64,000 nucleotides of DNA from Sulfolobaceae archaeon. GTDB lineage: Archaea; Thermoproteota; Thermoprotei_A; Sulfolobales; Sulfolobaceae. The stretch covers positions 1-64,000 of the forward strand of contig JAWARQ010000006.1 in NCBI GenBank assembly GCA_038893355.1. The letters run 5' to 3'. Position numbers and translations under genes: made by a program. Of the stretch, positions 47,297 through 58,578 are shown in pieces; within the stretch, counting starts at the first letter, position 1; every line of letters begins with the position of its first letter. The notes beneath the pieces were generated by a model. The model was not told the origin of the DNA. It saw nothing but the letters and a program-made list of their open reading frames with translations, and ran no database searches.

Positions 47297-47913
47297 TCGT
47301 TGAATTACTCTATAAAAAGAAGCTTGAGGAGTATTACTCTCATGAAAGGAAAGAGAATGTATTTTATGTTACGGATCTTACTAGATGTCCACTTAAAGTA
47401 AAATTTGAGCAAGAATATAGGGAACTAGCTCTCTCAGAAATCTTTACACCAGCAGGAATATTAGGTGATTTAGTACATAGAGGTATACAAAGCTCTCTTA
47501 ATATCGAAGGTTATGAGGCTGAAGTAGAAGTAGAGAAAGAAAAAGGTCTAGAGATTGAGGGCAAGAGTTATATTATAAAGGGTAGAGCGGATATCGTGCT
47601 AAAGAGTAAGACTAATAATGAGACTCTTATAATTGAAATTAAGACTGCTAGGAGGGATGATGGATTACCTCAAAAGCATCATATTTTACAATTAAGGTTA
47701 TATCTTTGGTTATTTGAAGTTAATAAAGGAATTTTACTTTATGTAACACCAGATAGGATAACTGAATATATAATTGAAGGTGCATTGGATACTGCGAGTG
47801 TAATGAGGTTAGTAGAGGAAAATATTAGACTGGCCCCTGCTCCAAGATATATCTGGGAGTGTTCCTATTGTATATTTGCAAAGCTATGCCCAAATAAAGC
47901 TAGCAATAGATAA
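47293..47913 (+). CDS. cas4: Solo Cas4 exonuclease (SSO0001-type, 4Fe-4S)
   Basis: YVTDLTRCP, G..VH, GRAD..IEIK RecB motif, QLRLY, WECSYC...C. Confidence 0.9.
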   Translation: MIVELLYKKKLEEYYSHERKENVFYVTDLTRCPLKVKFEQEYRELALSEIFTPAGILGDLVHRGIQSSLNIEGYEAEVEVEKEKGLEIEGKSYIIKGRADIVLKSKTNNETLIIEIKTARRDDGLPQKHHILQLRLYLWLFEVNKGILLYVTPDRITEYIIEGALDTASVMRLVEENIRLAPAPRYIWECSYCIFAKLCPNKASNR

Positions 47914-48456
47914 TATTATACTAAATAAAGAGTAAATAGATAATATTCTATCATAATTTACACTACAAATAACTTTTATTGCATTTATTGAATATTTTTT
48001 ATAAATTAATAACATTATAGATTTTGTCAATAATGATATGAAATATACTGTAATTATCGAATAATTCCAAAATATTTCATAAAATATTAAGAGAAAATAA
48101 TCCATAGATATTAATGGGTTTAGAGATGACCATTTTACTATATTTGTCAATTCTACCTTTAAGCTGCCACTATAGTGGAATAATCTTCCGAAAAAGTATT
48201 TTAATATTGAATGAATTGCAATTATTATACCCATGATCAAGGTCAATAACAATTTTCCATCGTAGGAAATTAAAAACGTTGAAACTATTAGAGCTGGAAT
48301 TATAGATATAGTGGTAAAATTTATTATATTAAAAACTGCTAAGACTGGACTTCTCGTTGAAATATAATATGAAAAAAGACTTCCTTTAGATGGATCAACC
48401 CCTAATAGTATTCCAAATATGATACTAAGGATAGCAGTAAGAGTCTGAACTAGCAT
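47884..48456 (-). CDS. Hypothetical membrane protein
   Basis: Hydrophobic 190-aa ORF with GVDPSKG motif directly downstream of SBP56. Confidence 0.6.
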   Translation of the reverse strand: MLVQTLTAILSIIFGILLGVDPSKGSLFSYYISTRSPVLAVFNIINFTTISIIPALIVSTFLISYDGKLLLTLIMGIIIAIHSILKYFFGRLFHYSGSLKVELTNIVKWSSLNPLISMDYFLLIFYEIFWNYSIITVYFISLLTKSIMLLIYKKYSINAIKVICSVNYDRILSIYSLFSIILSIASFIWA

Positions 48457-49819
48457 CTCCTCCCCTTAGTCTAACTTGATGTGCTCTAGCATCACCGAAA
48501 TCAACAAAGAATTTCTTATCCACCTCAAGACCACCTTCTGGATTAGCATTTACCTTGACTACCCATCCTTTGATGCCTTCTGGATAAAATTGATTATCCC
48601 ATGAGCTATATAGAGAGTTAGTCACATAAATTCTCCTTCCATCCCTGCTAATTTCTATCATTTGCGGTGCTCCAGTAAGCTTGTGCCCAGCTGGATGATT
48701 TGCTCTATGTAATATTCCACCCAATTTTACAACACCAGTTAGCCTAGGCCTAAACGGATCAGACACATTATATTGCCTCAATTCGCCTATGCCCCATAGA
48801 CTTACGTATAAGAATTTATCATCTAGCGATAAATCAATGTCAGTAACTAATGGTGGCACCGCCTTGAAAGGCTTAAGTATCTCTGGGAGTTGACCTTCCG
48901 TAGGTTCTGCAGGGATTTCAATAACTTTTTCAGCTTGAAACTTTCCATCTTCATAGAACCATAGCCAGATTGAACTACTTAAGTCCTTCAAACTCACTAC
49001 CACATTAACAAATCCCATTAGTTTCGTCGGGTCATGTAGAGGTCTTAGCTCTAGGACCATTCTATTTTCACTACCAAGTTCAACTGAGGCTATTTTCTTT
49101 CTCTTTCTCATATCCCAAAAATGAATTTTATTACCATATCTATCCTTTAAGTGCTCTAATTTTAATCCGTTCTCTATTGTATTTGGGACAGCCCATTCAC
49201 TCGTAACCATTATTTCATTTGGTAAATTCCACCAAAAGTCGTATGCATAGTACTGATCACCTCTATCAATTTCCCACCTTCCTAAAGGTTCGAAGGAATA
49301 GTGATCTAGTATAAATATTCCGCCAGGCCCTTCGCCTTCCGAATTCCCTAAAGCACTAATATATATCCCGTCTGGTCCACAGTGTACCGTATGTAATCTT
49401 GTATAGCCACTACTTTCAATAACTTCCTTAGGTTCAATGACTTTCACCAGCCTAGGATTTGTTGGGTCTTGTTTTGTATCATATATATATACTCTTGATG
49501 ATCTTAACCCTGGAACGATTAAATATCTCCTTTGTAAGTTTGGTTTTGCATTAGGACATAATGCAGAACTGCAACTATTCCAGCCAAAATGATGAAATTC
49601 ATCACCTACATACAATGCTTCTACTTTATTTATTATTTTAGAATAATTAGGGGATTCTGGATTTACATCTACCACTGCTATAAAGTCTGGTTTTTGAATA
49701 CCAGTACCTACGTATAGTCCTACAACATAAATAATATCCTCTGGCGGTGCTTTCATAGCCATTTTTGGCGATGGATAAAATGTTGGGTCTCCTTTAAATA
49801 TATCAGTAATTGACTTCAT
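48425..49819 (-). CDS. Selenium-binding protein SBP56 / methanethiol-oxidase family
   Basis: DEFHHFGWNSCSS, YDFWW, DIDLSLDDKFLYVS, SSWDNQFYP, GGDASSD. Confidence 0.92.
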   Translation of the reverse strand: MKSITDIFKGDPTFYPSPKMAMKAPPEDIIYVVGLYVGTGIQKPDFIAVVDVNPESPNYSKIINKVEALYVGDEFHHFGWNSCSSALCPNAKPNLQRRYLIVPGLRSSRVYIYDTKQDPTNPRLVKVIEPKEVIESSGYTRLHTVHCGPDGIYISALGNSEGEGPGGIFILDHYSFEPLGRWEIDRGDQYYAYDFWWNLPNEIMVTSEWAVPNTIENGLKLEHLKDRYGNKIHFWDMRKRKKIASVELGSENRMVLELRPLHDPTKLMGFVNVVVSLKDLSSSIWLWFYEDGKFQAEKVIEIPAEPTEGQLPEILKPFKAVPPLVTDIDLSLDDKFLYVSLWGIGELRQYNVSDPFRPRLTGVVKLGGILHRANHPAGHKLTGAPQMIEISRDGRRIYVTNSLYSSWDNQFYPEGIKGWVVKVNANPEGGLEVDKKFFVDFGDARAHQVRLRGGDASSDSYCYP

Positions 49820-49860
49820 TATAATATAATTAGCTATCTTAACTTTAAAACTATATTACA

Positions 49861-49875
49861 CTGCAAGATTTGCAC
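49861..49875. promoter_or_regulatory. Palindromic operator candidate in the SBP56/thiD divergent promoter
   Basis: CTGCAAGATTTGCAC (TGCA-N5-TGCA), resembling the Ss-LrpB box consensus TTGCAAAATTTGCAA. Confidence 0.35.
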
Positions 49876-49921
49876 TAACTTATAAAATAGAGTTATAAAT
49901 TAGCTTATTAGACCTTATATT

Positions 49922-51112
49922 ATGAGAAAGAGACCAGTAGTTCTTACAATAGCTGGTAGTGATTCGGGAGGTGGGGCGGGACTTCAAGCCGATTTAAAGA
50001 CATTTACTGCATTAGGAGTATTTGGAACTGTTGTTGTTACTGGAATAACTGCTCAAAATACTACTGGCGTATATGCTGTACATGAGGTGCCGATAGAGAT
50101 AATAGAAGCTCAGTTCGATGTAATTATGAACGATTTAAATCCAAAATTTGCTAAAACTGGTATGTTAGCTTCAAATAAAATAATAAATTTAGTAAAAAGA
50201 AAAGTTGAACAATACGAAATAAAGTTAGTACTCGACCCAGTTATGGTAGCAAAAACTGGTTCTCCACTCGTTACGGAGGATATTGTACCTTCTCTAATCG
50301 AGCTAGCGAGGAAATCTATAATAGTAACTCCTAATAGATTCGAGGCTGAGAAACTTCTTGGAGAGAAAATTGATGATATAAAGAATGCTGCAAAAAAACT
50401 ATACGAAAAACTTTCTACAAATGTTGTGGTAAAGGGTATAAGGGGAATAGATTATGCTATTATTGATGGAGAATTATTAGAGCTCAAAATGAAAGAGGTT
50501 GAAACAAGAAATACTCATGGTAGCGGTGATGTATTTTCTGCATCTTTAACTGCTTACCTGGCTTTAGGTTATAACGTTAAGGATGCAGTTATTAATGCAA
50601 AAAAATTTGTAACTTTCGCGCTAGAAAACTCACTAGATTTAGGGAAAGGAATAGGGCCTGTCGATCCTTTTTCACCTGCAGAAAGTTTAATTCAAAAAGA
50701 AATAGCAAGAGAAACTCTTGAGAAATTTCTTTACGAATTTGAAAAAGACCCTATATATAGAGATCTCATTCCGCATGATGAAATGGCTAACGTAGGTTAC
50801 TTAACGGATTACAATGAGGTTGCAACATTAGCAGGTGGTATTGTAAGATATATTGACTGGCTGAAAATTAATGGTCCAATAATATTTGGGATAAATAATT
50901 TAGTTACGAAAGTACTATTAAATACGAAAAAGAGAATAGGGATTTCATTACCGTTAAGTAAAAAGATTCTGGATGCAGCTGAAAAAGGTATAATAAAATT
51001 AACAGAAAGTGGGGCTCTTGGTGATGCAATAGTTACAGAAGGTAAGGCAATTATAACTGCTAATGATTATAATGAACTTTTAGAAAAGTTGAGGAGAGTA
51101 GTAAGTAGTTGA
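49922..51112 (+). CDS. thiD: Hydroxymethylpyrimidine/phosphomethylpyrimidine kinase with ThiN-like C-terminal remnant
   Basis: IAGSDSGGGAG.QADLK, KTGML, DPVM, TPN..EA, THGSG. Confidence 0.92.
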   Translation: MRKRPVVLTIAGSDSGGGAGLQADLKTFTALGVFGTVVVTGITAQNTTGVYAVHEVPIEIIEAQFDVIMNDLNPKFAKTGMLASNKIINLVKRKVEQYEIKLVLDPVMVAKTGSPLVTEDIVPSLIELARKSIIVTPNRFEAEKLLGEKIDDIKNAAKKLYEKLSTNVVVKGIRGIDYAIIDGELLELKMKEVETRNTHGSGDVFSASLTAYLALGYNVKDAVINAKKFVTFALENSLDLGKGIGPVDPFSPAESLIQKEIARETLEKFLYEFEKDPIYRDLIPHDEMANVGYLTDYNEVATLAGGIVRYIDWLKINGPIIFGINNLVTKVLLNTKKRIGISLPLSKKILDAAEKGIIKLTESGALGDAIVTEGKAIITANDYNELLEKLRRVVSS

Positions 51113-51993
51113 TTACGGTAGTTGGTAGCTATAACGTTGATTTTATAATTAAAGTAAGAAGATTCCCAGAAGTAGATGAGACAATATTTGCAGAAGAAGT
51201 TATCATATCGCATGGAGGTAAGGGTTCTAATCAGGCAGTTTCTGCGCAGAGACTAGAATCAAGGACAAGACTAATCGCTGCAGTAGGTGAAGATAGTTTT
51301 GGATATGATGCTTTAAAGTTTTGGAAAAATGAAGGCATTGATACGAAATACGTTAAGGTTAAGAGGGGTATAAAGACTGGAAATGCCTACATAATACTAA
51401 ACCGGCAAGGAAAAAGTATGATAATTGTTGATCGAGGTGCAAATTCTGCATTGGAAATTGAGGATGTTAAAGATGGTCTAGATGGAAAAATTCTCTTAAC
51501 TCAACTAGAAGTAAATGAGGATGTAGTAGCATATTCTTTAAAAAACTTTGATGGGTTAAGAATATTGAATCCAGCACCTGCAGTTCTCAGTAACACAGAA
51601 ATCCTAAGAGACGTTGATATAATAACTCCTAACGAAGTAGAACTATCTGCTCTTGCTGGAACTAACAACATAATTGATGGGGCAGAAAGATTATTAAGAA
51701 GAGTAAGAGGAGCCGTAATAGTAACATTAGGCGAGAAGGGATGTCTTGTAGTAGATAGGTCAGGGAAAAAGGAATTAATAAGTGCACCCAAGGTTAACGT
51801 CGTTGATGAAACAGGAGCAGGGGATGTATTTAATGGTGCTTTAGCTTCTGCATTATTAAAGGGGTATGATATAATAACTTCAGCAAGAATTGCTACGTAT
51901 ATTGCATCATACTCGGTAACAAAGATAGGGGCTTTAGGTCCCACGTTGAAAGAAGTTAAAGCTTTCCTGGAAAATTTAGGAGAAAGCTTCTAA
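51109..51993 (+). CDS. rbsK: Ribokinase (PfkB family)
   Basis: [26 protein letters not shown]. Confidence 0.88.
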   Translation: MITVVGSYNVDFIIKVRRFPEVDETIFAEEVIISHGGKGSNQAVSAQRLESRTRLIAAVGEDSFGYDALKFWKNEGIDTKYVKVKRGIKTGNAYIILNRQGKSMIIVDRGANSALEIEDVKDGLDGKILLTQLEVNEDVVAYSLKNFDGLRILNPAPAVLSNTEILRDVDIITPNEVELSALAGTNNIIDGAERLLRRVRGAVIVTLGEKGCLVVDRSGKKELISAPKVNVVDETGAGDVFNGALASALLKGYDIITSARIATYIASYSVTKIGALGPTLKEVKAFLENLGESF

Positions 51994-53328
51994 ATTAATG
52001 ATACGCTTAGCATATTCTAAACTCCTCTGTATTAGCTCCCTATAAGAGCCGAGATATTTAGTAGGATCAAGATATTCTCTGATCTCTTCCTCTTTTAAAT
52101 ATTCTCTAACCCTTTTATCATTTATTGCAACCTCAAGTAAGGATTTATCGTTTTGAATAACATTTCGTGATAATTCTCTAACTAATTCATGAGCTTTATG
52201 TCTAGGCATACCCTTCTGGGTTAGTGCAATCATTAAACTTTCTGCAACTATTAATCCTTTAGTGACTTCTAAATTCTTTTTCATCCTCTCTTCATTTACT
52301 CTCAATCCATTTAGTAGTAAAATAGTACTATCTAGCATTTCATCAATTATTAAGAATGCATGTGGAATTACTATCCTTTCTGAAGAGCTATTTGTTAAAT
52401 CCCTTTCATGCCACAATGGTATATTCTCTAAAGAGGTTATTACAAGACCTCTAATAACTTTAGCCAATCCACTTATCTTTTCAGCTGTTACTGGATTCTC
52501 CTTCTGTGGCATTGTACTACTTCCTACTCTTCCTTCAACACCTTCAGCTAGTTCTCCAATTTCTGGCCTCATTAATTCTCTAACCTCTAAGCTTAGTCTG
52601 TCTAACTGTGATGCTAAAATCGCAAGGGTACATATTAACTCTGCAAAAGAATCTCTAGGCGCAACCTGAGTTGAAATTGGATGTGGTTCTAAGCCTAATA
52701 TCTCACTCATAACTTTTTCTACTTCAAGACCTTTTCCCCTATAAGCAGCCATAGTACCTACTGCTCCTGAGAACTTTAGCCTAATTAGCCTCTTTTCTAG
52801 ATCTAGTATTCTTTCATAACTTCGAGTTAATTCGTATACATAATTTGCAAATTTAAATCCTAAAGTTATTGGTAATGCATGTTGACCATGAGTTCTTCCT
52901 GGCATAATACTATTTTCATATTTTTCTGAAAGTAGTATTAAAATAGAAATTATTTTTATTAATTTACTTTTTATTATATTTAGGGCATCTTTAAATAATA
53001 ATGCATAGCTAGTATCAACTATGTCATAACTTGTAGCCCCGAAATGGACAAAATTTCCTACCTCACCCCCTAACTTTTCTGCTATTAAGATTGCTAAAGC
53101 CATTACGTCATGGCCTATTTTCTTTTCTAGTTCTTCGACTTCATTAGCAGTTATTTTAATTTCATCTAACTTTTTTTCATCTAATTGCTTAATGTAACCT
53201 AATTTGTGAAGGGATAATAATAATGCTTTTTCAACTTTGATAAAAGTATTTATTATATTTTGTCTATTAAATACCTTTCTCATCTCTTTACTTCCATATC
53301 TCCACTCTAGTGGACAGACTTCTGACAT
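51976..53328 (-). CDS. purB: Adenylosuccinate lyase
   Basis: [29 protein letters not shown]. Confidence 0.95.
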   Translation of the reverse strand: MSEVCPLEWRYGSKEMRKVFNRQNIINTFIKVEKALLLSLHKLGYIKQLDEKKLDEIKITANEVEELEKKIGHDVMALAILIAEKLGGEVGNFVHFGATSYDIVDTSYALLFKDALNIIKSKLIKIISILILLSEKYENSIMPGRTHGQHALPITLGFKFANYVYELTRSYERILDLEKRLIRLKFSGAVGTMAAYRGKGLEVEKVMSEILGLEPHPISTQVAPRDSFAELICTLAILASQLDRLSLEVRELMRPEIGELAEGVEGRVGSSTMPQKENPVTAEKISGLAKVIRGLVITSLENIPLWHERDLTNSSSERIVIPHAFLIIDEMLDSTILLLNGLRVNEERMKKNLEVTKGLIVAESLMIALTQKGMPRHKAHELVRELSRNVIQNDKSLLEVAINDKRVREYLKEEEIREYLDPTKYLGSYRELIQRSLEYAKRIINLEAFS

Positions 53329-53380
53329 TTGATAAGAATACTTTTTATGATCTTAATAGTTTATTTTTTCTTGAGCTGAA

Positions 53381-54382
53381 ATGATAGTATCTACGATAGG
53401 AAGTCACTCATCTCTACAAATTTTGCATGGTGCTAAGAAAGAGGGATTTGAAACTGCAGTAATTACTGAATCTAAAAGATTAAATTTTTATAAGCAATTT
53501 TGGTTTATAGACAAAATTTTAACTTTTGAAAGCTTAGATCAAGCAGTTTCGAATATTAATCTATTACATGATTCGGTCTTTATCCCACACGGTAGTTTAG
53601 TCGAGTACCTAGGAATGGATAGAGTAAGGAAGATTAATGTAAGAATATTTGGTAATAAGAACATCTTCGAGTGGGAGTCAAATCAGTATAAGAAGATGGA
53701 GTTATTAAAAAGGTCAGGGATAAAAATTCCTACTCATTTTGAGTCTGTAGAAGATGTAGATAGAATGGTTATAGTAAAATTACATGGCGCAAAGGGTGGA
53801 AGGGGTTATTTCGTTGCAAGGAATAAAGCAGAACTAAAAAATGGTTTAAAAGAATTAATTGAAAAGAAATTAATTAATGATATAAATGATGTTATAATTC
53901 AAGAGTACATAATAGGAGTTCCAATGTATTTTCAGTTCTTTTACAGCCCACTACTTAATAGAAATGAGATAATGGGAATAGATATCAGATATGAAACTAA
54001 TATTGATGGATTAAGAAGGATCCCTTTTAATAGTATTAGTGTAAAGCCAACATTTGTTGTAGTCGGAAATATTCCTGCAGTTGCAAGGGAAAGTTTGTTA
54101 CCCAAAGTTTATGAGTACGCAGAAAATTTTGTGAAAACAACTAAAGAGCTTGTGCCTCCAGGGATGATTGGACCTTACTGTTTAGAGTCTATAGTTACTG
54201 ACGAGCAGGAAATAGTAGTTTTTGAATTTTCTGGTAGAATCGTAGCAGGGACTAACTTATATACAAACGGAAGCCCATATAGCTGGTTCTACTGGGACGA
54301 ACCAATGAGTATGGGTAAAAGAATTGCAAGAGAAGTTAAATTAGCAATAAGTAAAAATAGACTTAATGAGGTAACTACATAA
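53381..54382 (+). CDS. purP: AICAR formate ligase PurP (ATP-grasp)
   Basis: [35 protein letters not shown]. Confidence 0.88.
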   Translation: MIVSTIGSHSSLQILHGAKKEGFETAVITESKRLNFYKQFWFIDKILTFESLDQAVSNINLLHDSVFIPHGSLVEYLGMDRVRKINVRIFGNKNIFEWESNQYKKMELLKRSGIKIPTHFESVEDVDRMVIVKLHGAKGGRGYFVARNKAELKNGLKELIEKKLINDINDVIIQEYIIGVPMYFQFFYSPLLNRNEIMGIDIRYETNIDGLRRIPFNSISVKPTFVVVGNIPAVARESLLPKVYEYAENFVKTTKELVPPGMIGPYCLESIVTDEQEIVVFEFSGRIVAGTNLYTNGSPYSWFYWDEPMSMGKRIAREVKLAISKNRLNEVTT

Positions 54383-55428
54383 TGAATAAGATTGCATGTT
54401 TGGCTAGTCATTCAGCACTAGACGTTTTCGATGGTGCAAAGGACGAAGGATTTAGAACAATAGCATTAGCTAAAAAAGGGAGAGAAAGACCTTATCTGGA
54501 ATTTAAAAGAATAGTAGATGATATAATAATTTTGAATGATTTTAAAGAGATAGCATCTGAAGAAGTTCAAGAGAAGTTAGTTAAAGAAAATGCAATATTA
54601 GTCCCTAATAGAAGTTTGGCAGTATATCTAGGTTATGATAATATAGAGAGAATGAGAGTAAAATTCTTCGGGAACAAATTTATGTTAAGATGGGAAGAGA
54701 GAATTGGTGAAAAGAATTATTATAAATTACTTGATGAAGCTAAGATTAATAGGCCAAGGAATTATAAGATTAACGAAGTTGATGGTCCAGTTATAGTAAA
54801 AATGCCAGAGGCTAAGAGAAGAATAGAGAGAGGTTTCTTTTTTGCTATAAATAGGGAAGATTTAGAATCTAAAATTTCTAGGCTAATAAAGCAAGGTATA
54901 ATAGATGAGGAATCATTAAAGAGTATGATCATAGAAGAATTCATTTTTGGTGCACATTTTAACGTCAATTACTTTAATAGTATAGTAGAGAATAGAGTAG
55001 AGATAATAAGCATAGATAGAAGAATTCAAAGTGATTGGGATTCTCTATATAGATTGCCTGCAGAAATCCAAATAAAGCTAAATAGGACTCCAAGATTAAT
55101 AGAAGTTGGTCATGAACCGGCGACGATCAGGGAAAGTTTGCTCGAAAAATTGTTTGAAATCGGTTATTCTTTCGTAGAGGCAACTAGAAAACTAGAACCA
55201 CCTGGCATAATTGGACCTTTTACACTACAACTAATGGTAACACCAGATCTTGATGTAGTAGTTTATGATGTAGCACCTAGGATAGGGGGAGGTACAAACG
55301 CCCATATGGGAATCGGTGGTAATTACTCTAAGCTTTACTTCGGTTACCCAGTGAGTATGGGAAGAAGGATTGCAATTGAAATAAAAAGAGCAATAAATAA
55401 TGGAATGTTAGATAAAATCCTAACTTAA
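54382..55428 (+). CDS. purP: PurP paralogue (ATP-grasp)
   Basis: [38 protein letters not shown]. Confidence 0.82.
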   Translation: MNKIACLASHSALDVFDGAKDEGFRTIALAKKGRERPYLEFKRIVDDIIILNDFKEIASEEVQEKLVKENAILVPNRSLAVYLGYDNIERMRVKFFGNKFMLRWEERIGEKNYYKLLDEAKINRPRNYKINEVDGPVIVKMPEAKRRIERGFFFAINREDLESKISRLIKQGIIDEESLKSMIIEEFIFGAHFNVNYFNSIVENRVEIISIDRRIQSDWDSLYRLPAEIQIKLNRTPRLIEVGHEPATIRESLLEKLFEIGYSFVEATRKLEPPGIIGPFTLQLMVTPDLDVVVYDVAPRIGGGTNAHMGIGGNYSKLYFGYPVSMGRRIAIEIKRAINNGMLDKILT

Positions 55429-55555
55429 ATCTATAATTAACATATGCCACGTACTAGAAATAGGTAATATTCTTGTTCTAAGGATATCTGTAATTATAAA
55501 ACCATTATCGAATTCTTTTTATACTCATAAACGATAAATACCAAAACGGTGCTTA

Positions 55556-56569
55556 ATGCTAGATATTGTAGTAGGCGGATTTTATGGTGATGAAGGAAAG
55601 GGAAAAATTGTATCTTACCTCGCACTAAATGATAACCCTAAGTTGGCTGTAAGAACTGGAGGTATTAACGCAGGACATACTGTAGTCTATCAAGGAAAAA
55701 CTTGGAAAATAAGAATAGTACCATCTGCATTCATTAATAAGTCCACAAAATTAGCAATAGCACCTGGTGCTGTTACTTCATTAGAAGTTTTAATTTCAGA
55801 AATTACTCAGACAGAATCACAAGATAGGATAATAGTAGATTATAGGACTGCAATAATAACTCAAAGTGAAATAGAAGAGGAGAGAAAAGATGAGTATTTA
55901 ATGAAAGTTATAGGAAGTACTGGCCAAGGAGTAGGTTATGCAGAGGCTAAAAGGATATTGAGAAAGTTAAAACTAGCTAAAGATTACGACGAATTAAAGA
56001 AGTTTTTAGATAATGTACCATTATTAACTTTAGAAGAGATTGAGAGAGGTAATAGAGTTTTAGTAGAAGGAACGCAAGGTTATGGTTTAAGTCTTTATCA
56101 TGGCGAATATCCATACGTAACGAGTAGAAATACTACTGCATCTGGAGTATTAAGTGAATTAGGAGTTGGACCAAAGTATGTTAAAAACGTAATTGTAGTA
56201 TTCAAATCGTTTACTACAAGGGTTGGAGGCGGAAAATTGGAAGGAGAATTGAAAGAAGAAGAGGCGGAAAGGTTAGGCTTAATTGAAGTAGCTACAGTAA
56301 CTGGAAGAAAAAGGAGAGTTGCTCCATTTAATGTTAAATTAGCTAAGGAGGCAGTAAGGGTTAACGGGGCAACACAAGTAGCAATAACTAAACTAGATTC
56401 ATTATTCAAAGAATGTAAGGGTGCTAGGGATTTTAATAAGTTATCATATCAAGCTAAAATCTGGCTTGAGGAAGTTGAATCACAACTTAAAGTTCCAATT
56501 ACACTAATAGGGACTGGAGAGGATTCGTTAGATATTATTGATTTAAGAAGGGAAAAGGGTGTGGAGTAA
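55556..56569 (+). CDS. purA: Adenylosuccinate synthetase
   Basis: [31 protein letters not shown]. Confidence 0.95.
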   Translation: MLDIVVGGFYGDEGKGKIVSYLALNDNPKLAVRTGGINAGHTVVYQGKTWKIRIVPSAFINKSTKLAIAPGAVTSLEVLISEITQTESQDRIIVDYRTAIITQSEIEEERKDEYLMKVIGSTGQGVGYAEAKRILRKLKLAKDYDELKKFLDNVPLLTLEEIERGNRVLVEGTQGYGLSLYHGEYPYVTSRNTTASGVLSELGVGPKYVKNVIVVFKSFTTRVGGGKLEGELKEEEAERLGLIEVATVTGRKRRVAPFNVKLAKEAVRVNGATQVAITKLDSLFKECKGARDFNKLSYQAKIWLEEVESQLKVPITLIGTGEDSLDIIDLRREKGVE

Positions 56570-57972
56570 TGTATAAGGATGTAGTAATTATAGGTGCAGG
56601 TCCAGCAGGATTATTTGCAGCTTATGAGTTAGCCCAGAGAATTAATGGTAAAAGTAATTATAAAATACTTCTAGTAGATAAAGGAGTAAGGGCTATAAAG
56701 AGAACATGTCCATTACTTTCGCCGAAAGAAAAGTGTACGTTCTGTAATCCTTGTCACATAAATTATGGAATAGGAGGCGCAGGTACTTATAGTAGTGGAA
56801 TAATAAATTTAAGACCAGATATAGGTGGAGATTTGCACGAGTTAGTAAAAAGTTGGGATAAAGCGCAAGAATTAATTGACTATATTGATCAAATTTTTAT
56901 AAAATTTGGTGCACCGAAAGACAGATTATTTGAACCTAATATGGAAAAAGTAAAAGAAATTCAAAGAAAGGCTGCGAAGGCAGGCGCGGAGTTTATACCT
57001 ATTAGACAGAGACATATAGGAAGTGATAAGACACCATTAGTTATTGAAAATATTACGAACTATATTGAGAGTAAGGGCATCGTAGTAAGTGAATTAACAG
57101 AAGTTTATACGATAGAAAAGAAAGGTAGTGTTTTCCTATTAAAGACTAACAAGGGTGAAATAGAGAGTAAGATAGTATTAGTTGCTCCAGGAAGAGCGGG
57201 GGCACAATGGTTCTATAATCAGGCTAAAAAGCTAGGAGTAGATATGATGCCTGCGCCATTAGACATAGGGGTAAGAGTTGAAGTTGAGGCTCTTATAACT
57301 GAAGAATTAACTAGTGCTGTCTGGGATCCTAAGATAGTTATGTATACTAAAAAGTACGACGATAAAGTTAGAACATTCTGTGTTAATCCTAGAGGATTTG
57401 TTATGAAGGAAGTATACGATGATGGTACTATAGGAGTAAATGGGGAGACTTATGTAGACAGAAAAAGCCAAAATACAAACTTTGCTTTCCTCACCACAAT
57501 AAAACTATCTGACCCGCTAGAAGATACTATAGAATATGGTAAGAGTATAGCGAGGTTAATGACAAGGTTAGGCGGGGAAAAGCCTATATTACAGAGACTA
57601 ATTGATTTAGAGAAAGGAAGAAGAAGCACTTGGGATAGAATAAATAGGTCAACAGTCAAACCAACCCTTAAAGATGTAACTCCAGGCGATATAAGTATGG
57701 GATTACCACATAGAGTTCTTACTAATATTCTTGAAGGTCTTGAAAGATTAGATGACATAGCACCTGGTATATACTCTTCAAATACCCTACTTTATGCTCC
57801 TGAAATCAAATATTATAGTATGAAAGTTATAGTTGATAGCAATATGGAGACTGTAGTCGATAATTTATTTGCAGCGGGCGATGGTGTTGGTCTATCTAGG
57901 GGAATAAACGTAGCAGCGGCAACTGGAATTTTAGCAGCTAGAGGTATTTCGAGAAAGCTAGGACTAGACTAA
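56569..57972 (+). CDS. FAD-dependent oxidoreductase (uncharacterised family) with Cys cluster
   Basis: GAGPAG Rossmann motif, [32 protein letters not shown]. Confidence 0.85.
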   Translation: MYKDVVIIGAGPAGLFAAYELAQRINGKSNYKILLVDKGVRAIKRTCPLLSPKEKCTFCNPCHINYGIGGAGTYSSGIINLRPDIGGDLHELVKSWDKAQELIDYIDQIFIKFGAPKDRLFEPNMEKVKEIQRKAAKAGAEFIPIRQRHIGSDKTPLVIENITNYIESKGIVVSELTEVYTIEKKGSVFLLKTNKGEIESKIVLVAPGRAGAQWFYNQAKKLGVDMMPAPLDIGVRVEVEALITEELTSAVWDPKIVMYTKKYDDKVRTFCVNPRGFVMKEVYDDGTIGVNGETYVDRKSQNTNFAFLTTIKLSDPLEDTIEYGKSIARLMTRLGGEKPILQRLIDLEKGRRSTWDRINRSTVKPTLKDVTPGDISMGLPHRVLTNILEGLERLDDIAPGIYSSNTLLYAPEIKYYSMKVIVDSNMETVVDNLFAAGDGVGLSRGINVAAATGILAARGISRKLGLD

Positions 57973-58029
57973 AACTTCTAAGTAAAAGGCACATAAGTTT
58001 TATTTCCTTATCTAGCCTATTTTTAAATT

Positions 58030-58114
58030 GCGGGGGTGCCCGAGTCAGGTCAAAGGGGGCGGACTGAGGCTCCGCTGGCGTAGGCCTGCGTGGGTTCAAA
58101 TCCCACCCCCCGCA
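58030..58114 (+). tRNA. tRNA-Leu(GAG)
   Basis: GCGGGGGTGCCCGAGTCAGGTCAAAGGGGGCGGACT-GAG-GCTCCGC...GGTTCAAATCCCACCCCCCGCA. Confidence 0.95.
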
Positions 58115-58148
58115 TAAATTTTTTACTTGCTTAAGTAAATACTCACAT

Positions 58149-58559
58149 ATGCCAGAATCATTTAATCCAGAGATAATAGCTAAGATCGTAAGGGAGGATT
58201 TATTAAGGTACACTAACGGTAAATATATACCTAGTGTAAGAGTTATAGTATATCCTTTTGAACCTTCTATCTTAGCTTATGTGAGGGCAAATGAACCAAC
58301 TATTTATATAAACTCAATACCCCTATCTTCAACTAAAATGAACAAGGCTGAATATTTATACGTGGTAATACTTCATGAATATCTTCATATAATTGGAATA
58401 GCTGACGAAAGGGAAGTTAGACGAATGACACTAAACATAGTTTCAGATAAGTTTGGAGAAAACAGTGAACCGTATAAATTAGCATTATCATTAGCAGATC
58501 CTAGGGATATTTACCTTATAAACTCATGGAAAAAAGGGAGACCAATGTCTTATATATAA
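58149..58559 (+). CDS. Small zincin-like metallopeptidase
   Basis: ILAYV strand and VILHEYLHIIG..E (HExxH) motif. Confidence 0.75.
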   Translation: MPESFNPEIIAKIVREDLLRYTNGKYIPSVRVIVYPFEPSILAYVRANEPTIYINSIPLSSTKMNKAEYLYVVILHEYLHIIGIADEREVRRMTLNIVSDKFGENSEPYKLALSLADPRDIYLINSWKKGRPMSYI

Positions 58560-58578
58560 TTAAAAATTTTTATATTAT

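Noticed and set aside
45721-47913. CRISPR array or replication origin near cas4
   Set aside because: No regularly spaced 24-37-bp repeats, no ORB-like boxes and no cdc6 seen.
53381-55428. Tandem purP paralogues as a novel duplication
   Set aside because: Two divergent PurP-family genes are common in archaea.
57938-58213. 91-aa minus-strand ORF
   Set aside because: Antisense to tRNA-Leu (CGGWDLNPRRPTP is a typical tRNA shadow translation).
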